A DNA stretch of 63,996 bases, the filler included, from Basidiobolus ranarum (taxonomy: Eukaryota), in the NCBI GenBank assembly GCA_040143965.1. It is 15 parts of 15 records of this genome, joined end to end, with 100 filler letters (N's around TTAATTAATTAA, not from the genome) between each part and the next. Parts side by side here need not be neighbours in the genome. Positions count along the whole stretch, not along the records: positions 21,452 to 25,636 come from JASJQH010002080.1; positions 25,737 to 29,920 come from JASJQH010002081.1; positions 30,021 to 34,201 come from JASJQH010002082.1; 12 more parts are not named here. One strand, written 5' to 3'. Below the pieces are notes generated by a model. That model had not been told where the DNA came from, searched no databases, and saw nothing but the letters and a program-made list of their open reading frames with translations. Positions 21,452 through 34,301 of the stretch are shown here, in pieces. A program made the translations under genes and the position numbers. How positions within the stretch are numbered: the stretch's first letter is position 1; each line of letters opens with the position of its first letter.

Positions 21452-24385
21452 TTTGCATCCATTTGATGTAAATTGAGGCTATGGAGAGCTGAGAGTTCCA
21501 GGATTGATCTAATGAAGCTTAATGTAGCTACTGGAGCAAAAGTTTCATTTAAATCAACTCGTGGAGTCTGGAAATGACCTTTTGCAATTCATGATGCTTT
21601 CTACCATTCTATGGTTCCATCAGCTCAGCTTTTGACTTGGTGGACCCATTTGTAGCCTATTGGCTTTCTCCCTGATGGTAGAGGACTTGAAATCTAAGTT
21701 TTATTGTCCTGAAATGGCAAAAACTAATTAGACATTGCTTTTTCCCATAATTCTGAATCTGGACACTGCTGAGCTTGATCTAGAGTCTGTGGTTCATCAA
21801 AGAATGCGGGATAAGCATTCCATTGATCATTGGTAGTGTTCCACCATTTCTTGGCTTATTACTCCTTTTGAATGATCTTCTGGGTTCTGAATCACCCTGT
21901 GATGTAATTGGGACTGGAATTTCAGTTGAATAGGGCTCAGATACAGCTGAAATTCTGCCAGACACTTCCTGAATGGTGCTGATTATGTTTTCTGGAGCTA
22001 GAACAGTGAATTGAGGTGACAAATTTGCTTTTGCCTCAAAAATCATATATTTACGCTAAATTAACTTCTTATTTTTGGTGCTAAACAGTCTGTATGCCTT
22101 AGACCCCTGACAGGAACCAAGAAGTATGCATTTCTGCTTTGGGTTACAATACAGAGCATTTCTGAGCTGGAGTTAGGCAATATGATCTGCAATGCAAAAT
22201 CCTGAAATGATCCACACTTTGTTTTGATCCATACAGAGCTTCAAATGGAGTAGAATTTTATAGCAACCTTGTTTGGCATCTGTTTTTGATATAGACTGCA
22301 GTGGAGACAGCTTCAGCCAAATATTGGTAATCTAACTTTTGATCATGTAACATTGATCTTACCATCTCTACTATGGTTCCATTAGCATGTATTGCAACTC
22401 CATTTTGGTGTGGAGTATAAGGTACAGTAGTTTGTTGCTTGCTTCCATGTTTAGAGCAAACACTAGCAAGGTCCATACAGCAGTATTCTCCACCATTATC
22501 ACTCCTTGGTGTCCTTATTTTTGTGCTGATTGTTTCTCTACCATTGCGTTGTGATGTTTGTACATAGCTCAGGTTTCAGAGCTTGATTTTAGACAGAATA
22601 CCAAATTATATCCTGTTTGTCATTGATAAAGGGCATAAAGTACCTTTTCCCATCCAGAGAGACATTTTTCATGGGCGCACATAAGTCAGAATGAATCAAG
22701 GCAAAGTTCTGAGTGGATTTGATCTTTCCGGAGCTTCAAAATAGCTGACTGTGATGTTTTCCATATAAGTAACCTTTACACAGATCCTATTAAGTGATAT
22801 TTTCAATTTCTCAGCCTGAAACAGCTAATTTAGCTCATTTGGGTCAGTTTTTGTTCCCCAATGTGTTATAATCTTCTATGCCACATTTGACAGCTATTTT
22901 GCTAGTTTTGACCAAGTTTGCATGCTCAGAATGCAATTTGTTGATTTATAGCTTGCATGTGTTTTGAATTTTGATCCCAGTGGCTAATTTGGTATTATTC
23001 TCATCTGCAATATGGCATTCAGCTTTGCTGAGCATGAAAATCAGCCCTTGAGTTGTTGCCTGGCTTACTGGGAGTAGATTTGTGGCTATGTTTAGTACAC
23101 AGAGTATATCATCCCATTTTGCAGATGGTGGAGCTGAATTTTGATCTATATTGAGTACAACTATGCCCTTACCAACTGCATCTGGTGCATAGTCATCATC
23201 TAAGCAGACTTTCCTTGTTCAGATTGGTTTCAAGCAGCAAAGCCAATTTGTATTGTTTGACCTATACTGGCAAGTTCCTGAATCAGTGTACCACATTTAG
23301 TGCTTACTAATAGAACAGACTCAAATAAATGAACCCTATCAGTGCTTAGTCATTTTTAGTTCCAATTTTAGCTGTTTGGCAAAAATCCTCTTTCTGCAAT
23401 CTTTAATATATTGCCTGGTTTCTGGCAATACTGAAAGTTGATTGATTTCCCATCAGTGGAACTGTTATTGAAGCCTATAGGGCATTTGGCAACTCCAAAA
23501 AGTGCCTGATCTGCAATATTTTGTGGAAATTAGATCTTCTTAATTCCTCATTCAGATGCCTAGCACCAACATATTCCATTATTAATGGCAATGATCTGGG
23601 TTCTAGTGCTCAGAATACATTGTGTTGATTACTAAGTTGTGCAAGTTGGGCATTTTGATCACAATAGCTGATTAGGTACTACTCTAATTGGTGACAGTGC
23701 ATACTGTTGAAATTAGCAACACATCAGTTAGTAGTTAGTTTATTCATATTCTGCTCTGATCATGATTTAAGAGCAGTTATGAGATTCTCAAACTTGTCTA
23801 GCAGGCTCCCCTGTACTGTCTTGACAAGTCATCTTCATATTGAGGTGCTCCAATAAGTGAAAGTTGATCTACAAAAGCTATAATCCCATGTATATGATTG
23901 ACCTTAGAATCATCAGAATTTGTCTGAATTGAGAGTTTTTTGTCAAAGATATCGCATATTAGTCTGACTCTGAGTCTCATATGGTCCCTCATGTGTTTCC
24001 CAAGTAGTTTGGACATTCTTGGCTGATTGTATGTGCCTTACCTGAGAGTCTCTGAGATGTAGATAAAGTGTGGAGAGTACTTTCCTGTGCCTCTTAGGAA
24101 AGGGAAGGAAAGCTTCTGGTGGTCCCATTGGCTCAATTTCTTTTCCTGTAACAAATCTGCAAAGGCCCTTGTCTTCCAGTGCCATTGGCATCTTGAACTT
24201 CCAAAGTTGGAATTTCACACTATCAAATGTCTCTTTGGCTGCAAAAACTTTAATAATAGTACTGGTAGATGTTCCTTTAACTGCTAGCTTGGGGCTCATA
24301 ACCAGATAAAAGTGTTTAGGGGATTTCATAATGTTTTGGTCAAAATTTGGATTTATGAATTAAATACTTGAGTTTTATTGAATTA
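21452..24385 (-). mobile_element. Decayed Ty1/copia (family C): partial LTR 24304-24385, PBS 24291-24303, gag-PR-IN-start of RT
   Basis: PBS GGTTATGAGCCCC. gag FQLWKFKM.MALEDKGL, protease WYTDSG, integrase SDNGGEY and YTPHQNGVA, RT TPRVDLNETFAPVA. Confidence 0.93.
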
Positions 24386-24389
24386 AAAA

Positions 24390-25636
24390 TGGTAAGGAAA
24401 GAATCAGTAAAAAGAAGGGTACTAAGGAGTGATAATGGAGCACAGAACCGCTCCCAAAACTTTGCTAGTTTTTGTTATAAATATGGAGTTGAGCAACAAA
24501 CTACTGTACCTTATACTGCACCACAAAAAGGAGTTGCAGAATATGCTAATAGGACTATAGTGTAAATGGCAAGTGCAATGCTACATGATTAAAAGTTTGA
24601 TTGCCAATATTGGTTTGAATCTGTCTCAACTGCAGTCTATATCAAAAGCAGATGCCCAACTAGATTGCTACAAAGTTCTACTCCATTTTAAGCCCTATAT
24701 GGATCATGACCAAGTGTGGATCATCTCAGGATCTTTAGTTGCACAATATATTACCAATATCAGCTCAAAACTTTTCTGAATTGGAACCAAATTGCAGAAA
24801 ATTCATATTTCTAAGTTACTGTGATGGATTTATGGCCAACAGACAGTTTGCTCCCAAAAAGCGGAAGTTAATTTTGAGCAGAGATGTGATTTTTGATCAA
24901 AGAAATACTTTTCATCTTGAACCAGAGTTCTTGAGCTGGAAAGCACCATGAGACCTATTGAGGAAGTATTGACAAATTCCAGCTATATCTAGCCCAATTC
25001 AACCCAAAATCCAGCCTTATAGACAACAGAGGATGATTCACAACCTAGAAGATCATTTGGAAGGAGGAATAAGCCAGAAAACAGGTGGAACACTTTCAAT
25101 GATGGTGTCTATGCTTATCTAGCAATCTGGACTAAGCCACAGACTCTATATCAGGTTCAGGAATGTCAAGAACCAAATTTGTAGGAAAAAGCAATGTCTG
25201 ATATGTTTTTTCACCATGGGACAATACAGCACAGGTTTTAAGTCCTCTACCATCAGGAAGAAAGCCTACAGGCTGCAAATTAATTTACAATGTCAAAAAC
25301 CTAGCCGATGGAACCATAGGCAGATACTAAGCAAGATTGGTTGCAAAAGATTTCCTCAGAATCTAGGAATTTATTTAAATGAAACCTTTGTTCCTGTTGC
25401 TACATTTACCTCCATTATATCAATCCTTACACTCTGAGCTGTCCATGACTATGATTTATGTCAATGGATGTACACAGCCATTTTGAATGGAATTCTAGAA
25501 GAAGAGTGATATATTGAGCAACTATATGGATTTGTTGATCTAGAACATCCTGACATGGTCTGTAAACTGCAAAAATTGATACCTGGACTCAAACAAACTC
25601 CGAGGGCATAATACAACACAAGAAATGTCTATTAGG
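24390..25636 (+). mobile_element. Decayed Ty1/copia integrase-RT fragment, opposite orientation to its neighbour
   Basis: LRSDNGAQ...QKGVAEYANRTIV, KLILSRDVIFDQ, YLNETFVPVATF. Confidence 0.9.
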
Positions 25637-25859
25637 NNNNNNNNNNNNNNNNNNNNNNNNNNNNNNNNNNNNNNNNNNNNTTAATTAATTAANNNNNNNN
25701 NNNNNNNNNNNNNNNNNNNNNNNNNNNNNNNNNNNNTTCACCTTGCATTGACGGAAGAACCATTTAGATTTAATTGATTTTTGGCATATCACATTACTTG
25801 ATTCGTAATTATGCTTCGGAGCAATGATTCCATAGAAATTCGGATTAAATGTGTTCAAT

Positions 25860-26110
25860 GCTGTAATCAATAGAAATAGCAATTTGAACACTTTTACCAA
25901 TTTTCACCATTTCCTTAAATTTTCTCCAAATCATCTCAAATTTCCACCCATGCTTAACAGGCATGTTTGTTATGATCCAAGCACAGTCAATAGTTCTATG
26001 TTGTAGTAAACTATAAACAGGACATATGCAATTCAGTTAAAGTTAAGTGTCTAATTCACAAATCCAAATATTGTCCAATACACTTCCAAATCCCCTGAAC
26101 ACTTTTATCA
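25860..26110 (+). repeat. LTR family C (ends ...CACTTTTATCA)
   Basis: Reverse complement of 4016-4193 and of 2494 onward. Confidence 0.8.
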
Positions 26111-26111
26111 T

Positions 26112-27950
26112 AAAGGAAGGTCCCAGGAACATGTGTGCAAAGTTTGGGGCTTCTAGCACAAGTTCGAAAAAATCTATATAGCTGAGAACTTCTAAGTTGG
26201 TAAAAATATTCTGAGAGAATTCCCATAGAGAATAATGGATAATATCTTGGTGAGATATATGATAACCAAGTACTAAGCTATATATGACTATATAGGTGTT
26301 GAGGCAATGCTAAGTTCAACACTCTCCCTCAACTAAATAGTCATATAATCTGATCCTAATAATGGTCTAAATATCTCAGATTTCTATCTAGCTAATAGTT
26401 TGGTCAACATATCAGCAATCATGTCTTTTGGAGAACACTAAGTTGAGTCAATAAATTCAATATTTATAGTTTCTCCAATCAAGTGATGTCTAATAGATAT
26501 ATGTTTGCTTCTATTATAAAATGTGGGATTCTTTGCTAATTTGATACAACTTTGATTTTCTTGACATGCTGTAGTTCGTGAATTTTGAAAATAACCTAAA
26601 TCTGTTTGCAGTTTTCTTAACCATATTGCTTCTTTTGTTGCTTCACTGGCAGCCATGTATTCTGCTTCTGTTGTTGAAAGCTTTACAGTAGGCTGTTTTG
26701 TTGAATTCCAAGAAATAGTTCCATTATAGCAATGGAATATTGTAGATCACCTATCTTCAATATCTCATCCACAGTTTGCTTCTGAATATCCTGTCAGATC
26801 AAAGTTTGATCCAGAATATGTGTATTTTAAGCACAGATCCACAGTATCTCTAAAATAACTGAAAATCCACTTAACTGCCATGATTTGATCAGGTCCATAA
26901 TTTTGAAGATATTGGCAGATAACTCCCACAGAATATGCAAAATCTGGCTATTTTCCAACCATAATATACATCAAACTACCCATCCTTGACTGATAAGGAA
27001 ATTTCTGGCTTTCATTTGAATCCAAAAATGTCTGATTGAAGCCATTTTTGGTCAATTCAAGATTTGTCTCCATTGGGCTAGCTACTGAACTACATTCTTC
27101 CACTTTTAGCTTCTTTGGTTTATGTAGGATCTACTTAGACTGGTTTAAAGTTATTGTTTGGTAGTTCTATCTATCTTAATTTGAACTTCAAGATAGTACA
27201 TCAGTTCACTAAGATCGGTAATCCTGAATTTGGCAGATAAGCTGGATTTGGTTTTCTCCAAAGTCTTCAAATCATTGGTTCCTGTAATAAGGGCATCTAT
27301 ATTCAAAGCTAACAAAACTGGGTTTGTCTTATCTGGCATGAAGTAGATACTATAGTCAGCATAACTCTTTTGGAATTTGAGTGTTTCTGATAAAGCTCCT
27401 ATCTTGCTATTCCAAGGACTTGATGATTGTTTTAAGCCATATATTGTTTTCCAGAGTCTGCAAACATTTTTTGGTTTTTGGGTCCACAAATATGTCTGGC
27501 TGGTCCATACAGATTGCCTCAGCAAGCTCACCATTCAAAAAAGCAGTTTCAACATCCATCTGATTTATAATAAACTGCTATTTAACTGAAACTGCTCAAA
27601 TCAATTTATTTGAATTATACTTTGCTACACAAGCAAAAGTTTTTGTGTAACCTGTTCCTGTTGTTTGGGAATAGCCTCTGGCTACTATTCTAGCCTTGTA
27701 CCTTTCTGCATTGCCATCAGAGTTGTATTTAAGATTAAAAACTCATTGACAGCCAATTGATTTTCTATCACCTGGTAAATTGGTTAAAATCCAAGTATGA
27801 TTATCAATCAAAGTCTGGTACTCATCAGCCATTGCAGACCTCCACAAATTTGTGTCAGGGCCATTCAGGGCTGCTTTACAGTCTGGGGTTCATGTCATTG
27901 GGCTGTGCAAGCACAGGCCCAATTTTGCAACTCATTGTTAGAGTAATCAG
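26112..27950 (-). mobile_element. Ty1/copia 3' end (family B): RT, RNase H, PPT (26322-26331) and partial 3' LTR starting TGTTGAA at 26321
   Basis: KTIYGLKQS, STTEAEYMAASEATKEAIWL, ENQSCIKLAKNP...RSKHI, MIADMLTK. PPT GAGGGAGAG sits directly before the TG. Confidence 0.93.
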
Positions 27951-28049
27951 GGCTATTTCTGAGCATCTTTGATCTCCTGGTTTGGGATAAAGATGCTACA
28001 GCTTTTGGCATTGAATTGGGCACTTCAGTAGGCAAACCTTTGGTTGAAG

Positions 28050-29790
28050 AGTCTCCAGGAATGCTATGATTAAATACTTAGATGAGCAGATATTGATGGG
28101 AGCTTTGGTAAAATATGATGGTATCTTGGTGTTTTCCAGCATTTTCCCATTCATGATTAACTTTGATCCAATCTTGTATGGTTCCTTCAGATTGAATTTG
28201 TCACTATACAGCTGAGTAAGTAGTATTGGATGGTTGTTTAATATTTAGTACATAGTGCCTAATGGGAAGCCCTGGCCCTAGGTGATCCCCTTTAGCAATA
28301 TAGTCTTAGGCTTATGCTAATCCCAAGTTTGATGTTAGACTGACTATTTGGTGAATTGATATCATTGAGCATATAAATCTAACTGAATTCTCTATGGTAA
28401 ATCATGTAGTTAAGTGTTTTAGTTGGATAGTAGTAATGCACATGCCTGGTACAGTAAACTCCATTGATTTAATAAAACCTACAGCAAGATAGTGCATTGT
28501 ACCTACAAAAATCTCCATGTTTACTAATGGTAGTAGTGTCACCTATACATACAATGATAAAAGCTTTAAAAAAATATTCACTCATCTGAACCCCATTGGC
28601 CTACCACTCAAACTCCACAATCAAAGGCTCCAAGAAGCTATCTATAAGCACTGGTAATTTAAGCCCATATATGATGCATAATATTATACTATTATGACCC
28701 TTATAACATTTGGAAGGAGGAAGATTTAAGTTAAATAGAATTTTTGGCCACCAAGCCTATCCAATGGTATAGTAGTTTAGTGAGAAACCATTCAGAGCCA
28801 ATGCAAAGGCATGATAATATGTGTTCTCAAAGAAACCTTAATTTTTCAGATTCCGGTAGTAATATTCATCAAGTGTATTGTTAACATCATCTGCTTTATG
28901 GTGAGCACTTTGGTATTGAAGCACTGATCATTATTTGAGTAATTTCATCAAAACTTTAAGAGGGGGAATTAATGGCATGTATGCCAAATATGAGCAATGT
29001 ATACCTGATTCAGTGATTGTCAGTTGTGTGCAAACAGTAAGTTACTTCAGGTTTCTCAGAACTCTGGTCAAAGCCAAACTACCATTTGGACATGAAGGTA
29101 GTTCAATTACTGAAGGATTATAAGTCATACAATTGACAAGTTTTTCAACTTGTATCTGGTCTGTGGCAAGCAACAGATGCCAATCAACTGTGACAAAAGT
29201 GTAATAAACCCAATAAAACCCGGTTGCTAAGATTGGATTGAACTCTCCACTCCTCAATAATCAAAGCTGCTTCCTTTACTGTAAGTGTTACAAGTGGACT
29301 AATGCTTGCTGACAACAAAGAGTCTGTAAAAAAATTGTTGTCTTCTTCTTCAACTTCTAATGTACTACCATCAGTACTGGAATAACCAAGGTCAACATCT
29401 AGCAGCAATTCCTCAAAGTTGTCTGGACTACTGGTTTGATCAAAGTTGTATTTCTACCTACTTCATTCTGGTCTTATAACTGTGGTAACTCAACAGTATC
29501 TTGACTTTTGGCAGTGTTACCAAAACTTTGAGGCAAAGCACAGCCAGTGGACTCAGTGGGCAAATTAAAGTCAATTTTGTGCACTTATTACTGTTGACAT
29601 TCACCTTGCTTTGTGCAGCAGGTGTCTTTGTACAGTGACAATTCTTGTGATATTTTTTATGAATCCTCCAGCTTTCATAGCACAAAAATTTATGACAATA
29701 ATAGCAGGGCTTCTTTGAATGTTTGTATTGCTGCATGAGAAGGATATTGTAGAAAATAGAACACCTCCTATGCAAGGGTGGTACTTAGGT
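28050..29790 (-). mobile_element. CACTA/EnSpm (Tnp2-family) transposase pseudogene
   Basis: Translation SCPNGSLAL..., ALALNGF...WPKILFNLNLPP...LPVLIDSFLEPLIVEFEW. Homologous to 62620-63680. Confidence 0.85.
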
Positions 29791-30092
29791 AGAGCCCATC
29801 GATATCTTCAGCTAATTCTGAGATGGTGTCATAGATGAGTCATCAGGGGATTTACAAGATATTTCTGGGAATGGATGGCAATTTTGGTTTATTATAAGCT
29901 GTTCCTAAGCAATTTCACTANNNNNNNNNNNNNNNNNNNNNNNNNNNNNNNNNNNNNNNNNNNNTTAATTAATTAANNNNNNNNNNNNNNNNNNNNNNNN
30001 NNNNNNNNNNNNNNNNNNNNAATAAAAAGCTTGTGCAGCCATATTAGCTTGATATGGCTAAATCCGTTCACATTTTCACCCAATTAGAAGCT

Positions 30093-30420
30093 TACATGAT
30101 GAATGAATAATTTGCTGATCTAAAAATGATGAATCAAGCAATCCTGATCACTACTATCATACTGCAGATTGATCCATCATCAAGTGCTGTGATTTGTCAC
30201 CTGTGTGCCAAAACTACTGGTGTTTCACAATGTAGGAGCTGTTGAGCCAGTTGAAAGTACATGATTGAATAAATAATTTGCAAATCTAAAAATGATGAAT
30301 CAAACAATCCTGTTCACTACTATCATAATGCATATTGATCCATCATTGAGTGCTGTGATTTGTCACCAGTGTGCCAAAACTACTGGTGTATTGTAATGCA
30401 GGAGTTGTTGTGCCCAATTG
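30093..30420 (+). repeat. Diverged tandem duplication (2 x ~163 nt)
   Basis: TACATGAT...CTAAAAATGATGAATCAA...GTGCTGTGATTTGTCACC.GTGTGCCAAAACTACTGGTGT occurs at 30093 and again at 30258. Confidence 0.85.
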
Positions 30421-30839
30421 TAAATCAGGATACTGTGTTAGTGAGGGACAAATGATTGGCCTAAAAGCATGTGAATGTCTTGGTTATACATTTGATTGGG
30501 TAAGTTACAATATAAATTGTTTATTGTTACACATTCAGTTATTTGTAAGTTACAAACTAGGGGATGAACTTACTTTGTCAGTTACCAAAAATTGTAATTT
30601 GGCAATACTAAATTGGGTGACTTGGTACAGGCTTGCATGATATCTCCTATAAAATCATCATGTCCAATTGTCGTGAGATAGTGCCATATGGTTCTTTATA
30701 GTATCCAATTGAGTATTATAGGACCCAGCAATGTTATTTGGCAGATCACGCCAGATGGTGTACTAGCACGCTGGATCAAGTGGCACATTCTGAGCTGGTC
30801 CAATGGAACAAGTCCAGTATGTAAGCCAAACATCAACAA

Positions 30840-31620
30840 CAATTTCCTAATTCAGTGATTGTTAACCAAGTGTGAACAGTATATAACTTTGAGTTTATCC
30901 AATTACCAGTGAAAGCCATACACCCACTTGGACTTCAAGGAAGTTTAATTACTGAAGGTTTACATGTCATAGAACTGACAAGTGTTTTCTACTTGGACTA
31001 GATCTGTGGCAAGCAACAGTTGCCAATCAATGGTGTTAAAAGTATATGGATGCTAATAAATACCTGGTTGCTAAGATTGGACTGAACTCTGCCCTCCTGG
31101 ATGATAAATCCTGCTTTCTCTCCTGTAAGTGTTATGAGTGGACTAATGCTTGCCAATAACAAAGAGTCTGCATCATGAATGTGGTTCTCTTCCTCATCTT
31201 CTGATTTACTACGATCAGTACTGGAACAACCAAGATCAACATCTATTAACATGCCCTCAAAGTTGTCTGGACTTTCTTGTTCAATCTAAGTAGCATTTGT
31301 ACCAACATCTTTTGGGTCATATAGCTGCGGTAACTCCACAATATCTGGACTTTCAGTAGTGTTATCAAAATGTTGAGGCAGAGTACAGCAAGTGGACTAA
31401 GAGGGCAAAACTAAAGTCAATTTTGTGAACAAAAATTCTGTTGAAATCCACCAGGCTTTGAGCAGCTGGTGGCTTTCGATGGTGACCATGCTTGTCATTA
31501 TTTTCTCCATGAAGACTCTGGCTTTCATGGCACAAGAATTGGTGCTAATAATAGCATGGCTTCTTTAAATATTTGTGGTGTAGTATAAGAAGAATGGTGT
31601 GGACAAAAGAATGCCTGCTA
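30840..31620 (-). mobile_element. CACTA Tnp2 element 5' part, degenerate copy
   Basis: Colinear with 29000-29790 (DVDLG.SSTD...SLL.ASISPL.TLT...VQSNLSN). Confidence 0.8.
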
Positions 31621-32519
31621 CATAAGGGTAGTTTTTAAGGATTATTGCACCAATACTATGATGATCTAGCAGACCACAATATGTATTGGACCAATGAGTC
31701 TATACAACAACCCAAAATTGCTTGGGCCCATTTTGGAAACTGTGCAAAATGTTCCTCAAATCACCTGAATTTTAGTCAATTATGGAAGAACTAAAAACCA
31801 GGTGTTACCATGTGAATTCTAGACTTATTTCATATGGCTTATTCTGGGTTTTGCAAGCAACTGGCAATTGGGCTGGTGGAGGCCTATTAATGAAACAACT
31901 CAAAACTTCATGTAATTATCAACTTAGAAAAAAAAGAAAGCAGCTCAAGAAGTTCTCCAGGAGCAGGAATGTAGTAAACCAAGGGAAAAGTAAAGGAGCC
32001 AATATATTTGGGCTCTACTCTCCCACTTACCAAATTCTTCACACCATTATGAAGTTCTGCATTTCCAGAATAAGATTTACCAGCAGATATACTGGCAAAA
32101 AGGTTTAGTTTTACCATGGAACTGGGTACACCAGTTGGAAGAGTGCTAAATTTAGAAATTTATCCAACACCTGGCAACTCTCAACCACCCAAAACACCAG
32201 CAAATATAACTCATGGCTCTCCAACCTCAACTGGTACTTTTCAAAGTGTGGAAATTAGCCCCAAGCTTAAAGGCAAGCAAAGAGCTGTACAAACTCCACA
32301 AAGCACTCTCAATAGTGTCACACTACAAAGATATATAAAATAGTAAAATTGCTGTAGGAGTATTTTCAAAAGTATAAAGGGAAAATTGCAGTGCAAGTAT
32401 GCAGGAGATGGCTTGAGAGGAAGAACATTCAATGTGAAACTATATTTGATGTTGACCACAGAGATATCTGGAAATAACTAATACAAGTGGCACAACATTG
32501 CAGGACATATGCCAGATGG

Positions 32520-32937
32520 CTGCAAAAATGTTTATTTAGCAACATTAATACAATGGCAGGCTATGATTGATATATTGAAACAATCTTGTGTTGAATATGA
32601 GCTAAACCTTGGGTATGAAGAATGCTATTGAAATATTCAGAAGAATATATCAAAGGAACCAAGGATTTCAAAAGTGACAAATTAGCATTTAAGGGGTATA
32701 TGTGTGAAATTTGATTTACATTTTTTGCAAATGTGTTGATCCAAAGCTTTGTGAGACAGTAGCAAATCATGTGCAAATATTTTGCAAGATCTTGAAATTT
32801 CACTTCTCAAACTGAAAAAAATGATACAAAGCAAGTCTATCTTGATGATTTTAAGATGGTAAGTAAACAGTCAATCCAAAATGGATTAAAACGGTGATGG
32901 TTTTCTTACAATAGAAATCCTCAAATTTCTGTTAGGG
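32520..32937 (+). mobile_element. Right end of a CCCTA-terminated DNA transposon (ends ...ATTTCTGTTAGGG)
   Basis: Shared with 59953-60230. Similarity between the two copies stops immediately after TAGGG. Confidence 0.65.
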
Positions 32938-32944
32938 GAACTTG

Positions 32945-34085
32945 GTCAGATTTCAATTTGCTCACCAATATCAATTCACCATATTGGCAGTCTAACATCA
33001 AACCTGGGATGAGCCATAAGCCTAAGCTCTGTCTCTAGCTGATCCCCTTTACCACTATATTCTTAGGCTTATGATTATTCCCAAGTTTGATGTTGGACTG
33101 ACTATTTCATGAATTGATATAAGTGAGCATATTGAAATTTGACCTGGCTCATAATGGTTATATGAATAATAGTAATGTGTATGCCTGGTAGATTAAACTA
33201 TAGTGTTTTAACAAAATCTACAGCAAGTTAGTTCCTTGCACCCACAAAAATCTCCAAGTTACCAGATGGCAGAAGTTTTACCAATACATAAAATGATATT
33301 AGCTCTAAAAGATATTCACCCATCTGAACCCTGTTAGATAACTAGTAAAATTCCACAATTAAAGTCTCTGACAAGCTATCTTCAAGCACCAGTGACTTTG
33401 GCCCAGACATGATAGATGGTTTCAAAGTACTATTACTCCTATATCATTTAGAAGATGAATGATCTATGTTGATTAAGATTATTCTTCAGCAAGCTATTCA
33501 AGTGTTTATTTGTAAATTAAGAAATCATCCCAAGCCATGAAGATGCAGCATCACATTTGTTATCAAAGAAACCTTGACTCTTCAGATTCTGCTAGTGATA
33601 TCCATCAAGTATATTGGTAATACCATCAGCTTTAGGGTGAATATTTGGGTTATAGATCAGTACTCTATACTTGCATGATTGTATCCTAACTTTAAGATGG
33701 AGGATAAATGGTGTTAATGCTAAATATGAACTACATTTTCCTGATTTAGTGATTGCCAATTGTGTGCAAACACCACATGACTTCAGATTTTTTGGAACAC
33801 CAATGAATGCCAAACAACCATTTGCACATGAAGGTGGTTTAAATACTGAAGGATTACAAGTTGTATGATTGACAAATGTTTCCTGTTGTATCAGGTATGT
33901 GGCTGGCAGCAGTTATCAATTAATTGTGGTAAAAGTGTAAGAAAACCAACAAACACCTAGTGGCTATGATTGGATTAAACACTCCACTCCTCAAGAATCA
34001 AAGTTGCTCCATTTAATATAAGTGTTATGAGTGGACTAATGCTTGCTTGAAACACAGAGTCTATAAAAAAACTGTTTTCTTCTTC
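32945..34085 (-). mobile_element. CACTA Tnp2 transposase pseudogene, preceded by an inverted 82-nt piece of the same family
   Basis: PSCANGCLAFIGVPKNLKSCGVC. Colinear with 28280-29340. Confidence 0.8.
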
Positions 34086-34301
34086 TGATATACTGGACTT
34101 GTTCTCTGTGATAGTGCCAGATTGTGCTGTATATATCATATTGGATAAAGTATTCTAAAATTTATGCAGCACAATTTGGCACTATCCATCACCCTCTGGC
34201 ANNNNNNNNNNNNNNNNNNNNNNNNNNNNNNNNNNNNNNNNNNNNTTAATTAATTAANNNNNNNNNNNNNNNNNNNNNNNNNNNNNNNNNNNNNNNNNNN
34301 N

